From Chrysemys picta bellii (Eukaryota): DNA of 64,000 nucleotides. The DNA is taken from the NCBI RefSeq assembly GCF_011386835.1, contig NC_088798.1, positions 11,408,001 to 11,472,000 on the forward strand, given 5' to 3'. The position numbers were made by a program, and so were the translations under genes. The notes beneath the pieces were generated by a model. That model searched no databases. It saw only the letters and a list, made by a program, of their open reading frames with translations, and was not told the origin of the DNA. Every line of letters starts with the position of its first letter. The first letter of the stretch is position 1. Below, piece after piece: positions 1 to 13,716 of the stretch.

Positions 1-339
1 TGTGTCAACCTACTTGGGGGAGAGATCATCTTAACAACATTAACTTAGCACAGAGCCAGCTTTTGAGAGCCTGGATAAAAATGGAGAGAAATTATTTGTT
101 GAAAGATTCTGTACATGGAAAAGAGTAAAACCTGTACGTTCTTTAGTTATCTCAAGTGCATAGCAAACTGTTGATACTAAAATAATAAGAAATTATCATT
201 AACTCCAAGATGAAACGGAATGGGCTGAGTCTCTCTAAAAGGGAACATACATGTGGCAGGATCATAGGCACAAGTTATGGCAAGTTTCAGACTTTTGACC
301 ATTTAAATTGCTATCCTGCCAGCACTTACCCACTAATAA

Positions 340-830
340 TAATAATAGTAGTAGTTATATAGCACTTTTCATCAGAATATCTCAAGGCACTTTGCAATCT
401 TTAATTTATTTACCCTCAAAACCCCCCTGTGAAGTAGGAAAGTACTGTTATCCCAGTGGTATGGATGAGGAATTGAGGCACAGAGGATATGTCTACACAC
501 CCCGCAGAAACGAGCCTCCCAGCCCAGGTCAATGGATTTGGGCTAGTAGAATTCATGCTAGTGCTCTAAAAATAACTGGGAGATGGGCTTCAGGGCCCAA
601 GTTCGAGCCCAAGCCACAACTTCAGAGTGCTATCTAAAGTTATTTTTAGAGCACTAGTGTGAGCCCCACTAGCCCAAATCTATTGGCCCAGGCTAGGAAG
701 CTCGCTGCCGAAGGCTGTGTAAACATACCTAGAAATGCTAAGTGACTTGCCTAAGGTCACACAGGAAGTATGTAGCAGAGCAGAAAAGTGAACCCTACTC
801 TCCCAAATCCTAACCTAGTGCCCTAACTGT
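340..830. mobile_element. MIR-like CORE-SINE interrupted by a Harbinger-type MITE (about 484-730)
   Basis: MIR-like text (GAGGCACAGAG ... AAGTGACTTGCCTAAGGTCACACAG) split by an insert with GGATATGTCTACAC / GTGTAAACATACC ends. Confidence 0.65.
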
Positions 831-1850
831 TGGACCATCCTTCCTTCTTTCTCTTTGAACTCAATGGGACTGCATATACATGTATAAACATTTGGAGAAC
901 TGGAGTCTGTATTTGTGACTGCATTAAAAAGTTTGTCCAATCAAGCAGGAAGAGAGCTGGACTGAAAAGGCCCAGTTCTGCTGGTACTTACACTGGTGTA
1001 AATTTGGATTAAATCAATTGAATTGAATCGGACAGAACCTCAGCTAATGGAAATCCGCATAGCTCTATTTTTAAGTCAATGGAACTATGCTGATTTGTTT
1101 CAGTTGAGGTTCTGGCCAAATGAAGTTACCTTAGAGTAACACTGGTAAAATGAGAGGAAAATTTGGCTCATAGTGTATAACGTATAGTAATATCATTGGA
1201 ACATACTAACAGCATTATTTCCATTATCATGTTTATTTGTCTTCAAACAGCAAGTTATTCAAAGGTAAATGCAAAAAGCAGTGTGATAAGTACCATGACC
1301 ATAGGAAAATTAATCAAAGACTAGACTAGGTTGGGACATAAGAAGATGGATCAAAGTAATTAAATCACTGTTAACTTATACAATGATGGGCAAACATTTT
1401 AAAAACGTCTAGTTTACACTGTCTAATGCCCTCTCTCAACCACAGAATTTAAAAGAATAGTGATCTTTCGGCATATATCATTAGTGTCTGTTATTCAACA
1501 TGCAATCTTGCTACATGAATTGCACCTGGTCTCAGTGCACAAGTTTGACTATCATCACTTCTGCAGTATAGACAGCAAATGTTTGCCCGGAAGTTTTACA
1601 TTAGCACTAACTAATATAATGAGATGGTGCTGACATGTCAGGCAGTCCTGAATATCTGTTCCCCTCACTTATAAGGGCAGCACTTAAGGTATCTACAAGA
1701 CACAGAGGTGTCTGCTGTAAACCTGGCTTAATTAAACATGTCAATTATTAATGAGAGACTGAAAATGATTCCTATATCATTCCAAACTATCCATTCATCC
1801 AGGGAGCATTAGCTGTGTGGGAGGGAAACAAGTCAAAAATTAAAAAATAT

Positions 1851-3154
1851 TAGGGCTGTGAAGCGATTAAAAAAATTAATCGTGCGATTAATCACACTGT
1901 TAAACATTAATAGAATACCGTTTATTTAAATATTTTTGGATATTTTCTACGTTTTCAAATGTATTGATTTCAATTACAACACAGAATACAAAGTATACAG
2001 GGCTCACTTTATATTTATTTTTGATTACAAGTGCTTGCACTGTAAAAAACAAAAGAAAAAGTATTTTTCAATTCACCTAATACAAGTACTGTAGTGCAAT
2101 CGCTTTATCATGAAAATTGAACTAACAAATATAGAATTATGTAAAAAAAAATTGCATTAAAAAATAAAACAGTGTAAAATTTTAGAGGCTGAAGTCCACT
2201 CAGTCCTACTTCTTGTTTCAGCCAATCGCTCAGACGAACAAGTTTGTTTACATTTGCAGGAGATAATGCTGTTTGCTTCTTGTTTACAATGTCACCTGAA
2301 ATTGAGAACAGGTGTTTGCATGGCTCTGTTGTAGCCGGCATCGCAAGATATTTACGTGCCAGATACACTAAAGATTTATATGTCCCTTCATGCTTCAACC
2401 ACCATTCCAGGGGACATGGATCCATGCTGATGATAGGTTCTGCTCGATAACAGTCCAAAGCAGTACAGACCAATGCATGTTCATTTTCATTATCTGAGTC
2501 AGATACCACCAGCAGACGATTGTTTTTCTTTTTTGGTGGTTCGGGTTCTGTAGTTTCCGCATCAGAGTGTTGCTCTTTTAAGACTTCTGTTTAGCATATC
2601 TGGCATGTAAATACCTTGCAGTGCCGGCTACAAAAGTGCCAAGCAAATGCCTGTTCTCACTTTCTGGTGACATTGTAAATAAGAAGAGGGCAGTATTATC
2701 TCCTGTAAATGTAAACAAACTTGTTTGTCTCTTAGTGACTGGCTGAAAAAGAAGTCGGACTGAGTGAACTTGTAGGCTCTGACGTTTTACATTGTTTTGT
2801 TTTTGAGTGCAGTTATGTAACAACAAAAGAATCTACATTTGTAACTTGCATTTTCACGACAGAGATTGCAGTACAGTACCTGTATGAGGTGAATAGAAAA
2901 ATACTGTTTCTTTTATCATTTTTACAGTGCAAATATTTATAATAAAAAATATGCACTTTGATTTCAGTTACAACACAGAATACAATATATATGAAAATGT
3001 AGAAAAACATCCAAAATATTTTATAAATTTCAATTGGTATTCTATTGTTTAACAGTGCAATTAAAACTGCGATTAATTGCAATTAATTTTTTAAAATTGT
3101 GATTAATTTTTTGAGTTAATCGCATGAGTTAACTACGAATAATCAACAGCCCTA
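1851..3154. mobile_element. Non-autonomous hAT transposon with foldback structure and transposase C-terminal dimerisation remnants
   Basis: TIRs TAGGGCTGT/ACAGCCCTA; exact 8-bp TSD AAAAATAT (1843-1850, 3155-3162); ORF 2108-2509 PLEWW...LARKYLAMPAT...LFSISGDIVNKK is a hAT dimerisation domain. Confidence 0.92.
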
Positions 3155-3671
3155 AAAAATATGTCTCATATTTAAGTCAATTCAGAGAGATGAGACCTTT
3201 TCTTGTCTTCTGGGTAGGCACGGAGGTAGCACTCGCATAGCATTAAAAAATACCCTAGAACATCTTATTGAAATGTGTTTTTAATGCAGCTGAATGAGTG
3301 TGAACATTCATGTTGTCTAGCTAGCAATTAGAAATGTACATAGCCTTCTAGAACAGAGCCATCTGCTGGGGGAAGCCGTGTAATACAGAACTAAACAGGT
3401 CAAGGGACTACTTATTTATACTGTAATAGTTTCTTGGTAAATTTAAACACTGAGTCAGATACTCAGCTGGTATAAATTAGCATAGCTGATCTGGGCCCAA
3501 ATTTCTTAAACATATTAGGGGGCTAATAAACATAAAATAAACATTCACATTTCCCATTCATCTCAGTTACAGCCATGTATGCGTGTGCTTATCTGAATCA
3601 GAGACTGGCCCCAAGATTTTTACTGTAATATTTTGCATATAAATAGTAAATATATTTTGTACTATTAATAA

Positions 3672-3790
3672 TTATTATTATTATTACTTGCATTCTGATA
3701 GCACTCAAAGATCTCAATCAGGATCAAGCCCCATTATGCTAGCGACTCTACAAACACAAAGTAACAGACAGTCCCTGGCCCAAAGAACAG
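3672..3790. mobile_element. L2/MIR3-like 3' end remnant (similar remnants near 7430-7520, 29056-29150, 58035-58125)
   Basis: (ATT)n tail followed by GATCAAGCCCCATTATGCTAG...CAGACAGTCCCTGGCCCAAAGA pattern. Confidence 0.5.
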
Positions 3791-5372
3791 AAGTCAATGG
3801 AAGTTTTGGCTGAGTAAGAACTGAGTAAGGGAGACAGATCCTCTGTTGCAGAATATCCTCCATGGCCCAAATTCAGTGGGTGGATCCACCTGGTAGAGTG
3901 GTATAAAGGGCCAGAGCACAGTCCAGGTTTGGGGTTACTGAATTCCAAGATCTGGCTCAAATCAGTTGTCTGTTACAATCCGCTTTTCCTTTAATATTCC
4001 TTTAATATTCCCATTCCTTTTTCTCGTTAAGAAAATAAAAAGGTTTTAAACTCAGTGCCCTATGTGTATATGTACGCACACAGTGTACAACACAGTAGAC
4101 AACTACAGCAACATTCATCAGTGTCTAACATCTGGTCTTGTAGCATTTCACTACTGAGTATTTCAAGAACAAATTGCAAATTCTTTCAGACCTATTTGTT
4201 TTCCATGTATTACCTCCTCATGCCTGGCAATTGCTTCTCAGAAAGTCTTGACATTTCTTTACAATGTCTTAAAATAATATTCTTTGTGACTAACAAGCTT
4301 CAACTGTTAACCCATTGGTTATTTCTGGGGGGATTTTTTTTTAGATTTGAGCCATCTGCTAAATCATATAAAGCCCAATCATGCTCCATGACAATTTCAG
4401 TGACAGCCAGATTAGGTCCATAGTCTAACAGACAAAGGAGGATTTCCTTTATGAATACTACTATAAACTATTTATAAGATTTTTAGCCCCAAATTTTCTT
4501 GATTTCAGGCAGTCTCAGAAAATGCCTTTGCAATTATTTGTCCCTTCATACATTACTGTCTTGCAATCTCAATTTACTTAGACTTTTGAGATCTAATATA
4601 GTTTGTGAAATATTGTCTCTTAATCTTAATGTAATGATTTTAATGGTCAAGTAACATTTTCCCCATATCTTCAGGTGGCAAGTCTCTTTCTTAACATTCA
4701 TGATATTGTATACTATGGTTTTCCCTTGTAAATTTTATCACTGATTGAATACAGTGATCCTATTACAGCTTTAGAAAGAGTGAATGAGACATTGCTACAT
4801 TGATGGGAGATTAATAAAAACAAAGGAAACACATAGTTTAGCTCATTTTCTGTCATCAGGATTTGCTTGCTTGTTTTTGAATTCTGCATATTTCTATTAA
4901 TTCTCCCTTCTCCAGGCTCCACCTCTTTCTTTAAAAAGTTACTTTTTGTGTGTGCAAATTATGGTGTACAAATGCATAATTAGTTTATGTCTGAATATGG
5001 GCTCTTGTTCTCCTGCGGTGAACAGCGGAGGAGGCAGGGTGCAGCAGACTCTGTGGATATGTCTACACTGCTAAAAAAGACCCCCAGCAGCAAGTCTTAG
5101 AGCCTGGCTGTACAGACTTGGGCTTGTCCTACAGCACAAAAAATAGCCGTGTAGATGTTCCCACTTGGTCTGGAGCTCGGGCTGGTGTCTACATTGCTAT
5201 TTTTAGCCCCGTAGCAGGAGCCCCCTTCTATCCTTGCCTCACCCCTTCCCCACATATAATTGACCTTTTATTTTCAGTTTTCCCCTGAACACGTCTCTTT
5301 TCCTTTGTCTATGCCCATTGAGTCCCCTCTATAACAATTATGTGCTGTGTATAACTATATTTAATTCTATAG

Positions 5373-6995
5373 CAGTACTGACAACCCCAAGGTTTCAAAA
5401 ATAATGAATCAGGCTTCCAAATAATTATGAGATGGAGTTAAAAACCACGAGATTGTAAAAAATATTAATGTTGATGAGCTCCAGCGGCTCCTCCTTGAGC
5501 ACCCTCATAGGGTTGTCTGCCTCAGTTTCCCCGTTCAGAATCCCCAATAGCTCCACTTCAGGCTCTCTTGCTTGAATAACAGCTCTTCTTGAGCCCGTCT
5601 TCAACAAAAGTCCCAAACATAGTCCATTTCCCACACTCAGTGTATATAGTGCTTAAAACCCTACTCTTCTCAGTGGGAACCACACCGCACCCGTGCAGCA
5701 TTTCTGCTGGGTGTCCTTCCATACCATACTCCAGTGTTTTCTGCCACACTTAGACTCCTTGTCAGTTTTCTTCTCTCTCTCTGCTAGGACAGCCACTCCA
5801 GCCCTTCCAGCTAGAATGGAACCCCACTTTTACCAGCAGGAACCCCTACAGCCTCTTTGCTAGGAGATCATCCTCACCAGCAGAGCATTCCTGGGTTCAG
5901 CTCTCTGGCACTAAGACATCAGCAGGTGAGCCGCTCCGCTGTTCCCCTGTCTTCATCCCAGGGCTGGCTCTAACATTTTTGCTGCCCCAAGCATCAAAAA
6001 AAAGTGCCACCCCCCAAACCCCCGCCGAGCATCGTGCCGCGCCACCTCCCCCCCAGCGCTGCCCCCCCGCCGAGCGCCACGCCGCCAGGAACCCCCTCCC
6101 CCGAGCGCCACGCCGCCAGAGCCTGCCCCCCCCGCCAAGCACCGCCGGAATACCTCCCCCCGAACACCGAGCCCCGTGCCACCCCCCACCGAGCCCCCAG
6201 AGCCCACCCCCGCCCCCCACCGAGCACCGCCGGACCCCCCCAGCGCCATGCCCACGCCGCCCCCCCACCAAGCACCGCACTACCAGAGGCCCCCCCCCAA
6301 GCACCACGCCGCTGGAGCGCCCCCCCCCCCACAGAATGCCACACTGCGCCGCGCTCCCCCCGCCGCCCCTTACCAGGTGCCGCCCCAAGCATGTGCTTAG
6401 GTGCCTGGTGCCTGGAGCCGGCCCTGCTTCATCCTCTCCAGCCCTCAGCTTTGGCTCTCCAGCTTAAAAATCGGAAGGCAACTCCCTCTGTTGCTCTCTG
6501 GCCTTTAGCTCTCTCCAGCCCTTGCTCTCTAGCTTGGGGAAGTTAGCCAGCAAATGCCTATTATTATTACTGCTCTCCTATCGTCTGGCGTCCCCCGAAA
6601 CCACCTACAGTTTCCATCAGGGACCTTCCAGAGTCTCCCGGGTCCCTCACCTGCCTTTTTCCTGAATTGAGTCTGTATGCTAGGGCAACCCTAACTCACC
6701 AGGTCTCTCACCTTCTAGGGCCCAGCTGCCCTCTTTTAAACCCAACTGGGAGGCAGCTGATGAATCACAGGTGCACTGAGCCTACTCCCTCTTAAAGGGC
6801 CGGCGTCACCCTGTGGCAGTGGGGTTCTGTTTATTTACCTTGTTGTGTCTGAGCTTTTAGGAGTCACATTTTTAAGCTGTTCTGTGCAACCATGAGACTC
6901 AAAACTTATTTTTGTTTTTAAACGAAAGCTGAGATTGTGATGTATTCACCTGACTCTAGGAGGTGGTGCTTTAAGAAAAACACCAAATATTGCAA
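5373..6995. mobile_element. Old MITE split by an LTR-like insert (about 5470-6818)
   Basis: Halves at about 5373-5470 and 6819-6995 read as one AT-rich MITE; the insert ends ...CTTAAAGGGCCGGCGTCACCCTGTGGCA, resembling a Gypsy LTR terminus. Boundaries approximate; no clean TSD. Confidence 0.5.
5959..6426. mobile_element. hAT MITE with GC-rich internal tandem repeats
   Basis: TIRs CAGGGCTGGCTC / GAGCCGGCCCTG; exact 8-bp TSD CTTCATCC (5951-5958, 6427-6434). Confidence 0.92.
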
Positions 6996-7685
6996 GAGAT
7001 ATTGGCTCAGATCCTACTCTGTAGTTTGGCCACTTTGCTTTGCACCGCCAGCAGATTCTGGCCCTGTATACAGGATAGCTGTCCATGGAAGGACCACCCC
7101 AGGCTGGGAGGGCCATCCACTGGGGTGGGGTGTTAGTATAGTAGCTCCTACATGTCCCCACTCTACGGCTGTCAGCGCAGGGAATATGGCAGAGGTTTTC
7201 TTTCCTATATCCTACTAATCTTTGGCTGTTATATCAGTCCTTTGCAGCCACTGGCAGATAGAATGATTTTGAGTAGATGAAAGGCTGTTCTACATTATGT
7301 CAGGGAGCTGCACTGGCGCACAGCTGGCCCAGAACAGCGGGAGTGCAAACGTCACCTTTGTACCCCTCTCCTGAGCTGTGCTGTGCATTTCTCAACCATA
7401 ACTAAGGATCTGGGCCATTCTGTCTACTGTTATTATTAAAGCATTTGTACAGCAGGAGAGCTATGCCAAACAAATTACAGGTTACCTGTCCAAAAGAGTT
7501 TACAGTTTAAGAGCACAATATAGAACAATACAACATGAAATCAGAGTGGAACATACTTATTATAAATGTGTGATATAATTATATTTGGTATGGGGGAAAA
7601 TGCGATAGCATATATGTACATGAGTAGGCTTGGAAGGATTAGATTTTTATCAGTAAATGTTGGTAAATGTTGATATCACCACACA

Positions 7686-10288
7686 CAAGAACATACGAAT
7701 GGCCGTACTGGGTCAGACAAATGGTCCACCTAGCCCAGTACCCTCTCTTCCGAAAGGTGGTTGGTGCCAGATACTTCAGAGGTAGTGAACAGAACAGGGC
7801 AATTTATCAAGTGATCTACCCCCTATCATCCATTCCCAGCTTCTGTCAGTCAGAGGTTTAAGGACACCCAGAGCATGGGGTTGCATCTTTGACCATCTTG
7901 GCTAATAGCCATTGACAGACCTATCATCCATGAACTGATCTAATTCTTTTTTTAACCCAGTTATACTTTTGGCCTCCATAATATCCCCTGGCAACCACAA
8001 GGGTGTGCATTGTGTGAAGGACTTCCTTATGTTTGTTTTAAATCTGCTGCCTATTAATTTCATTGGGTGATCCCTGATTCCTGTGTTATGTGAAGGGGTA
8101 AATAACACTTTATTCACTTTCTCTACATCATTCACAATATTGTAGACCTCTGTCATATCTCTCCTCAGTCATCTCTTTTCCAGACTGAACAGTCCTAGAC
8201 TTTTAAATCTCCCATCATATACAAGCAGCTCCATACCCCTAGTCATTTTTGTTGCCCTCTGTACTTTTTTCCAATTCTAATATATCTTTTTTGAGATGGA
8301 GTGATCAGAACTGAATGCAGTATACAAGGTGTGGGTCTACCATGGATTTATACAGTGGCAATATGATGTTGTCTGTCTTACTATCTATCCCTTTCCCAAT
8401 GGTTCCTGACATTCTGGGGTTTCTTTTGTACTGCTGCTGCACATTTAATAGGTGTTTTCAGAGAACTATCCATGATGACTCCAAGATCTCTTTCTTGAGT
8501 GGTAATAGCTAATTTAGACCCCATTGTTTCGTATGTATAGTTGGGATTATGTTTTCCAATGTGTATTACTTTGCATTTATCAGACCTAGTACAGACTCTG
8601 CTATTTACCTCTCTCCACTGTGAAAACTGGACGTTTATTCCTACCCTTTGTTTCCTGTCTTTTAACCAGTTACTGATCCATAAGAGGACCTTCCCTCTTA
8701 TCCCATGACCCTTTACTTTGCTTAAGAGACTTTGGTGGGGATCTTGCCAATGGCTTTCTGAAAGTCCAAGTACACTACTTCTACTGGATCACCCTTTCCA
8801 CAAGTTTCTTGACCCCCTCAAAGAATTCTAATATATTGGTGAGGCATGATTTCCCTTTACAAAAGCTATGTTGACTCTACCCCCGAACATATTGTGTTCA
8901 TCTATGTGTCTGATAATTCTATTTTTTACTATCGTTTCAGCCAATTTGCCTGGTACTGAAGTGAAGCTTATTGGCCTGTAATTACCAGGATCACCTCTGG
9001 AGCCTTTTTAAAAAATTGGCCTCACATTAGTTATCTGCCAGTCATATGGTACAGAGGCTTAGTCATAACTTACATACCACAGTTAGCAGCTCTGCGATTT
9101 CATATTTAAATTCCTTCAGAACACTTGGGCGAATACCATCTGGTCCTGGTGACTTATTTCTGTTTATCAATTTGTTCCAAATCATCCTCTATTGACATGT
9201 CACTTTAGGACAGTTCCTCATATCTGTCACCTAAAAAGAATGGCTCAGGTGTGGGAATCTCCCTCACATCCTCTGCCCTGAAGACCAACGCAAAGAATTC
9301 ATTTAGCTTCTCCGCAACGGCCTTTCGCACCTCGATTGTCCAGTGGCCCCACTGATTGTTTGGCAGGCTTTCTGCTTCTGCTGTACTTAAAAACTAACAG
9401 CAATTTTTGTTGTGTCTTTTACTGTTGCTCTTCGTTTTTGGCCTCCCTAATTATACTTTTACACTTGACTTGCGAGAATTTATGCTCCTTTCTATTTTCC
9501 TCAGTAGGATTTAACTTCCAATTTTTAAAGGATGTCGTTTTGTCTCTAACTGCCTCTTTTACTGTGTTGTTTTGCCATGATGGCATTTTTTTTTTTGGTC
9601 CTCTGTTTTTTATTTTGGTTATACAGTTAGTTTGAGCCTCTGTCATAGTGTTTTTAAAAAGTGTCCATGCAGCTTGTGACTGTTCCTTTTAATTTCTGTT
9701 TAATTGGCTTCCTCGTTTTTGTGTAGTTCTCCTATTTGAAGTTAAATGGTACTGTGCTGGGTTTCTTTGGCATTTTCCCCCATACATGGATGTTACATTT
9801 AATTCCACTATGGTTGCTATTACTAAGAGCTTCAGCTATATTCACCTCTTGAATTAGATCCTGTGTGCCATTTAGAACTAAATCAGGAATTGCCTCTCCT
9901 CTTGTGGGCTTCAGGGTTAGCTGCTCCAAGAAGCAGTCATTAATGGTGTCTAGAAATTTTATGTCTGCATCCCATCCTGAGGTGACATGTTCCCAGTTAA
10001 TATGTGGATAGTTGAAATCCCCCATTATTATTGGGTTTTCTGTTTTTGTGGTCTCTCTAATCTCCCTGAGTATTTCACAATCATAGTCACCATCCTGATC
10101 AGGTGGTCGTCAGTATGTTCCTACTGACATAATCTTCTTATTCAAGCATGGAATTTCTATCCATAGAGATTCTATGGTATTGTTTGATTCATTTAAGATT
10201 TTTACTGTATTTGACTCTATGCTTTCTTTCACATACAGTGCCACTCCCCCACCAGTGTGACCTACTATCATGCCTACATATTTTGTAC
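7686..10288 (-). mobile_element. CR1 LINE, 5'-truncated, decayed ORF2 (RT C-terminus back to APE endonuclease)
   Basis: 3' tail AAGAACATA; fragments MGDFNYPHINWEHV...FLEQLTLKPTRGEAIPDLVL (APE endonuclease) and HPMKLIGSRFKTN. Confidence 0.92.
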
Positions 10289-12124
10289 CATAGAATCATA
10301 GAACTGGAAGGGACCTTGAGAGGTCATCTAGTCCAGTCCCCTGCACTCAAGGCAGGACTAAGTATTATCTAGACCATCCCTGACAGGTGTTTGTCCAACA
10401 TGCTCTTAAAAATCCCCAATGATGGAGATTCCACAACCTCCCTAGGCAATTTATTCCAGTGCTTAACGACTCTGACAGTTAGGAAGTTTTTTCTAATGTC
10501 CAACCTAAACTGCCCTTGCTGCAATTTAAGCCCATTGCTTCTTGTCCTATCCTCAGAGGTTAAGGAGACCAATTTTTCTCCCTCCTCCTTGTAACAACTT
10601 TTATATACTTGAAAACTGTTATCATGTCGCCTCTCAGTCTTCTCTTCTCCAGACTAAACAAACCCAATTTCTTCAATCTTCCCTCATAGGTCATGTTTTC
10701 TAGACCTTTAATCATTTTTGTCGTTCTTCTCTGGACTTTCTCCAATTTGTCCACATCTTTCCTGAAATGTGGCGCCCAGAACTGGACACAATACTCCAGT
10801 TCAGGCCTAATCAGTGCGGAGTAGAGCGGAAGAATTACTTCTCGTATCTGGCTTACAATATTCCTGCTAATATATCCCAGAATGATGTTTGCTTTTTTTG
10901 CAACAGGGTTACACTGTTGACTCATATTTAGCTTGTGATCTACTATGACCCCCAGATCCCTTTCCGCAGTAGTCCTTGCTAGGCAGTCATTTCCCATTTT
11001 GTATGTGTGCAACTGATTGTTCCTTCCTAAGTGGAGTACTTTGCATTAGTCCTTATTGAATTTCATCCTATTTACTTCAGTCCATTTCTCCAGTTTGTCA
11101 AGATCATTTTGAATTTTAATCCTATTCTCCAAAGCACTTGCAACCCCTCCCTGCTTGGTATCGTCCACAAACTTTATAAGTGTAGTCTCTATGCCATTAT
11201 CTAAATCATTGATGAAGATATTGAACAGAACCAGACCCAGGACCAATCCCCCCACTTGTTATGCCCTTCCAGCATGACTGTGAACCACTGGTAACTACTC
11301 TCTGGGAATTATTTTCCAACCAGTTATGCACCCTCCTTGTAGTAGCTCCATCTAGGTTGTATTTCCCTAGTTTGTTTGTTATGCAAGACAGTATCAAAAG
11401 CCTTACTAAAGTCAAGATATACCACATCTACTGCTTCCCCCCATCCACAAGGCTTGTTACCCTGTCAAAGAAAACTATCAGGTTGGTTTGACACGATTTG
11501 TTCGTGACAAATCCATGCTGACTGTTATTTATCACCTTCTTATCGTCTAGGTGTTTGCAAATTGATTGCTTAATTATTGCTCCATTATCTTTCTGGGAAC
11601 AGAAGTTAAGCTGACTGGTCTGTAATTCCCCGGGTTGTCCTTATTTCCCTTTTTCTAGAAGGGCACGATATTTGCCCTTTTCCAGTCTTCTGGAATGTCT
11701 CCCCGTCTTCCATGACTTTTCAAAGATGATTGCTAATGGCTCAGATATCTCCTCAGTCAACTCCTGGAGTATTCTAGGATACATTTCATCAGGCCCTGGT
11801 GCTTTTCTGTTATTGTCTTTCCCCCCTCATTGAGTAACAGGCCTACTCTGTCCTGGGTCTTCCTCTTGCTTCTAATGTATTTGTAGAATGTTTTCTTGTT
11901 TCCTTTTATGTCCCTAGCTAGTTTGATCTCGTTTTGTGCCTTGGCTTTTCTAATTTTGTCCCTATATACTTGTGTTATTTGTTTATATTCATCCTTTGTA
12001 ATTTGACAGAGTTTCCACTTTTCATAGGACTCTTTTTTGAGTTTTAGATCATTGAAGATCTCCTGGTTAAGCCAGGGTGGTCTCTTGCCATACTTCCTAT
12101 CTTTTCTACACAGTGGGACAGTTT
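10289..12124 (-). mobile_element. Second CR1 LINE (different subfamily), 5'-truncated, RT domain
   Basis: 3' tail CATAGAATCATAGAA; ORFs with LFNIFINDLD...KFVDDTK, ERDLGVIVDHKLNMSQQC, LIRPELEYCVQFWAPHFRKD. Confidence 0.93.
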
Positions 12125-13636
12125 ACACCCACAAAACAACAAAAATATTTCCATTGATAGTAATCCAAATTTACAGATGGGCAAAGTAACAAAAAATACT
12201 GCTTGAGAACTAATTAGAGTTTGATTTAAGAATCTTTATTTTGTATATTTTGACATGATGGTGACAATTTGGGTTTTAACGGTTACAAAACTTTAATTTT
12301 TTTGAATCACAATGTCTCCTCTCATTAAATAATTACTGTCTGACTCACTAATGTCTGACCCCCCACATAACTTCCCACAACTGTGAAAACTTAAATAAAT
12401 ATAGGAAAAGGTGCTTAAAATAAACATGGATATTAGCCATTGAAATTATTTTAAAAAGTTGAATTTTGCCAAGCTTGGCAAAGGCACTATATAAAATTAG
12501 TTATGGTATTGTTTCCAGAAGGGATTAATTAAGCTGGAAGTTCATCAGGGATGCCATTTTCCATTCAATGCATGTTAGTTTATACTTGCCTTTACTGATT
12601 AGTAATGCCTCGGAGGTAAAAGCTATGTGAGCTTACATAATAGTGCTCTGCTAACACTGGAAGTATACAGTGCGTCCAGAGTAAGAGACAAATTAACATT
12701 AACTTTGTCTCAACTGTGGATAAGCTGTCCTAGTCGTCTTTGTGAAAACGAATGTACATTCCAATGGGAAAAAAAAATGTTTTCAGTTTGGAATCCCATT
12801 TCTCCTTATTACACTTGTCATTTCTCTTAGTACGTCTGACTGACAGGCTCAGAGCAAGGTTTGGCAAATACCGCTCTTGAGATTTCATACCTACTTTACA
12901 GTTTTCTCTCAATAAACAAAAGGTCTCCAATAAAGTCATTTTTTATTTGAGTGAGTTTATAAGTGATCTGGAATAAACACCACTATGCAGCCAGGACATT
13001 AGACACATACATTTGTATTTCATGAACTCTTGGAAAGAGACAGAGGTAATATTTTGAGCACATAATCTAGTCTATATAATGCTTTTTTCAAAGCATTATG
13101 GACCTGATTGTCAGAACACCCACATCTCCAGTTGAAGTTAATACAAAACACATGCTAATTTAGTGACCACATATATTCTTTCATTATTCATCATACTACA
13201 GCAAGTCTCTCTCTCAAAATATGGCAAAGAACTGTAAATTGTGGTGTTTTGTATGACTTGCAAGTTACATTCTTTCAACTGATTAGATTTAGTTTATGGT
13301 ATGGTGGCTGATTCATACTAATTTGTTTAGTTTCAATAAAAAATCATTTTTTTAAAAATGAAAAATATAAATTCATTTCAAAAGGTAGCTTGTAAGCAAA
13401 CAATATTTCTGTGGGTTATTCTAGCAGGATGTCCCTATTGATCCAGAACTCTCTTCAGCTAAAGCCATGTTTTTCTAACCATGTTCATAAATCCATCACA
13501 AATATTAATGCATTACAGCGCTGTCTACAATAGTCTTTGCACTTACACAACAACTTAGTTACAATGAAAAGGTGGTTTTGTTGCCTCATTTAGAACACTA
13601 GATCTATTTTTTGAGCAAATCGTCGCACTCACTTAC

Positions 13637-13716
13637 CTTGAGACAACCAGTGGTAGAATCAACATTTTCAGCATCCTCATCAATAACTCCCCAGGGAATT
13701 GGAAATAACTAATTTC
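13637..13716 (-). CDS. SLC1A7: EAAT5 coding exon 2 (80 bp); later exons lie left of the window
   Basis: [40 protein letters not shown]; in frame with exon 1. Confidence 0.95.

Larger units (their letters stand above)
7625..12477. mobile_element. hAT-like MITE (about 7625-7685 plus 12125-12477) split by two CR1 copies
   Basis: Ends TAGGCTTGG / GCCAAGCTTG; internal text resumes across the gap (CACCACACAC ... TACACCCACAAAAC). Confidence 0.6.

Noticed and set aside
5425-5749. Short ORFs with protein-like composition
   Set aside because: No recognisable motif, interrupted by stops, inside an LTR-like remnant.
5897-6546. Cluster of Pro/Gly/Arg-rich ORFs
   Set aside because: They lie in the GC-rich interior of a TSD-flanked hAT MITE. 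The same applies to ORFs at 36554-37734, 51842-52212 and 58172-58756.
12521-12535. GGATTAATTAAGCT CRX/homeodomain-like cluster as a retinal enhancer
   Set aside because: Short AT-rich motifs are expected by chance; no conservation data available.
1-13636. SLC1A7 exon 3 or another gene in this interval
   Set aside because: No LMSGLASLD-like exon or other consistent exon was found by eye; treated as intron 2. A small divergent exon could have been missed.
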